64,000 nucleotides of DNA from contig OZ006999.1 of NCBI GenBank assembly GCA_963931285.1, positions 51,937 to 115,936 of the forward strand, in the 5' to 3' direction. The stretch is from an uncultured Atopobiaceae bacterium (GTDB lineage Bacteria > Actinomycetota > Coriobacteriia > Coriobacteriales > Atopobiaceae). The position numbers were made by a program, and so were the translations under genes. The notes beneath the pieces were generated by a model. The model saw only the letters and a program-made list of their open reading frames with translations. It was not told the DNA's origin and did no database searches. Below are positions 63,227 through 64,000 of this stretch, one piece after another. The number at the start of each line of letters is the position of its first letter. The first letter of the stretch is position 1.

Positions 63227-64000
63227 CAATGCTCTTTTGCACAGTGGTGATGTCGCCGCCCTCGCGGCTCCCGGCGCCTATAATCCCATGCTGACATAGC
63301 ACACCCGCGAGAACGTCCCGCGGGGTGCCGCGGTCTCGCGACGTGGTGGTCCAGGGCGCGGCATCCCGCGGGGCGCCGAGGACCACCACCATGTGTGCGA
63401 AGAGGATGAGGATGCCCTCGGCGTCGGCGACGCCGTGGGACGGCCTCCCGGACTCGGACCTGACGCCCGCCCAGGCGCTCGTGGCCCGCGCCCACCGCGA
63501 GGCCTACGACGCCAGGCACGCCCCGCTCGGGGGCGAGGCCGCGTTCTTCAACGCCTACGAGCGCGACGCGTGCCCGCGCTGCGGCTCCCCCGACGTCGTG
63601 CGCGACGGACACGACGCGCGCGGGGTCCGGCGGTGGCTCTGCCGCTCCTGCGGGCGCTCGTTCACGCCGATGACCGGCACGATCTTCGAGGGGCACAGGA
63701 TCCCGGCCTCCGACTGGTGCGAGTTCGCCATCCAGCTGCTCTCGTTCGACAGCCTCGCCGAGGTCGCGAGGTCCAACCGCAGGTCGCCGACCACGCCGCC
63801 GTACTGGCTGGCGAAGCTGTTCCTCGTCCTGGACGGCGTCCAGGACGGCGTCGTCCTCTCCGGGAGGGTCCAGATAGACGAGACGTTCTACCCGGTGCCC
63901 GCCGCCGAGCTCGAGAGGTCCGCCGACGGCCGCGCCAAGCCGGGCTTCTCGCGCAACAAGCTCTGCGTCGCCGCGGCGACCGACGGCGCGGGGCGCTCCG
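63227..64000 (+). mobile_element. IS1595-family insertion sequence, left part
   Basis: Abrupt junction in the repeat plus a transposase ORF; terminal inverted repeat cannot be confirmed because the right end is outside the window. Confidence 0.75.
63391..64000 (+). CDS. IS1595-family transposase (3' truncated by window)
   Basis: Own translation: CPRCGS..RWLCRSCGRSFTPMTGTIFE zinc ribbon, then LSGRVQIDETFY. Confidence 0.88.
   Translation, partial: MCAKRMRMPSASATPWDGLPDSDLTPAQALVARAHREAYDARHAPLGGEAAFFNAYERDACPRCGSPDVVRDGHDARGVRRWLCRSCGRSFTPMTGTIFEGHRIPASDWCEFAIQLLSFDSLAEVARSNRRSPTTPPYWLAKLFLVLDGVQDGVVLSGRVQIDETFYPVPAAELERSADGRAKPGFSRNKLCVAAATDGAGRS

Overview
High-GC actinobacterial chromosome segment; gene content and sequence style suggest Coriobacteriia/Atopobiaceae (inference). 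Positions 1-6380 are the right end of a capsid-less, satellite-like element integrated in a tRNA-Gly(TCC). It carries a tyrosine integrase, HTH regulators, a PriCT-2/Toprim/VapE primase-helicase and an iteron-rich origin candidate. Core genes follow: gdhA, carAB with a PyrR-like attenuator, two PHP hydrolases and an ABC importer. About 19.8-54 kb is accessory: two two-component systems, several ABC exporters, MazEF, HTH-Fic, an ECF sigma/anti-sigma pair, four GNATs and an MFS. The window ends with tRNA-Leu-tig-clpP-clpX, a GT8, tatD, valS and a truncated IS1595-family element. The most striking unexplained signal is a non-palindromic 10-mer, CGAGAAGRAC. I counted about 53 perfect copies by eye on both strands, some as inverted pairs at gene ends, and none in the integrated element or the IS; this resembles a DNA-uptake-sequence-like genomic signature. 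The window also holds a diversified GGACAG-core REP superfamily that donates stop codons and inserts in frame into proteins, and a class of double-motif MITE-like elements that share a CGCAGGT core with the element's origin region. All counts were made by eye.
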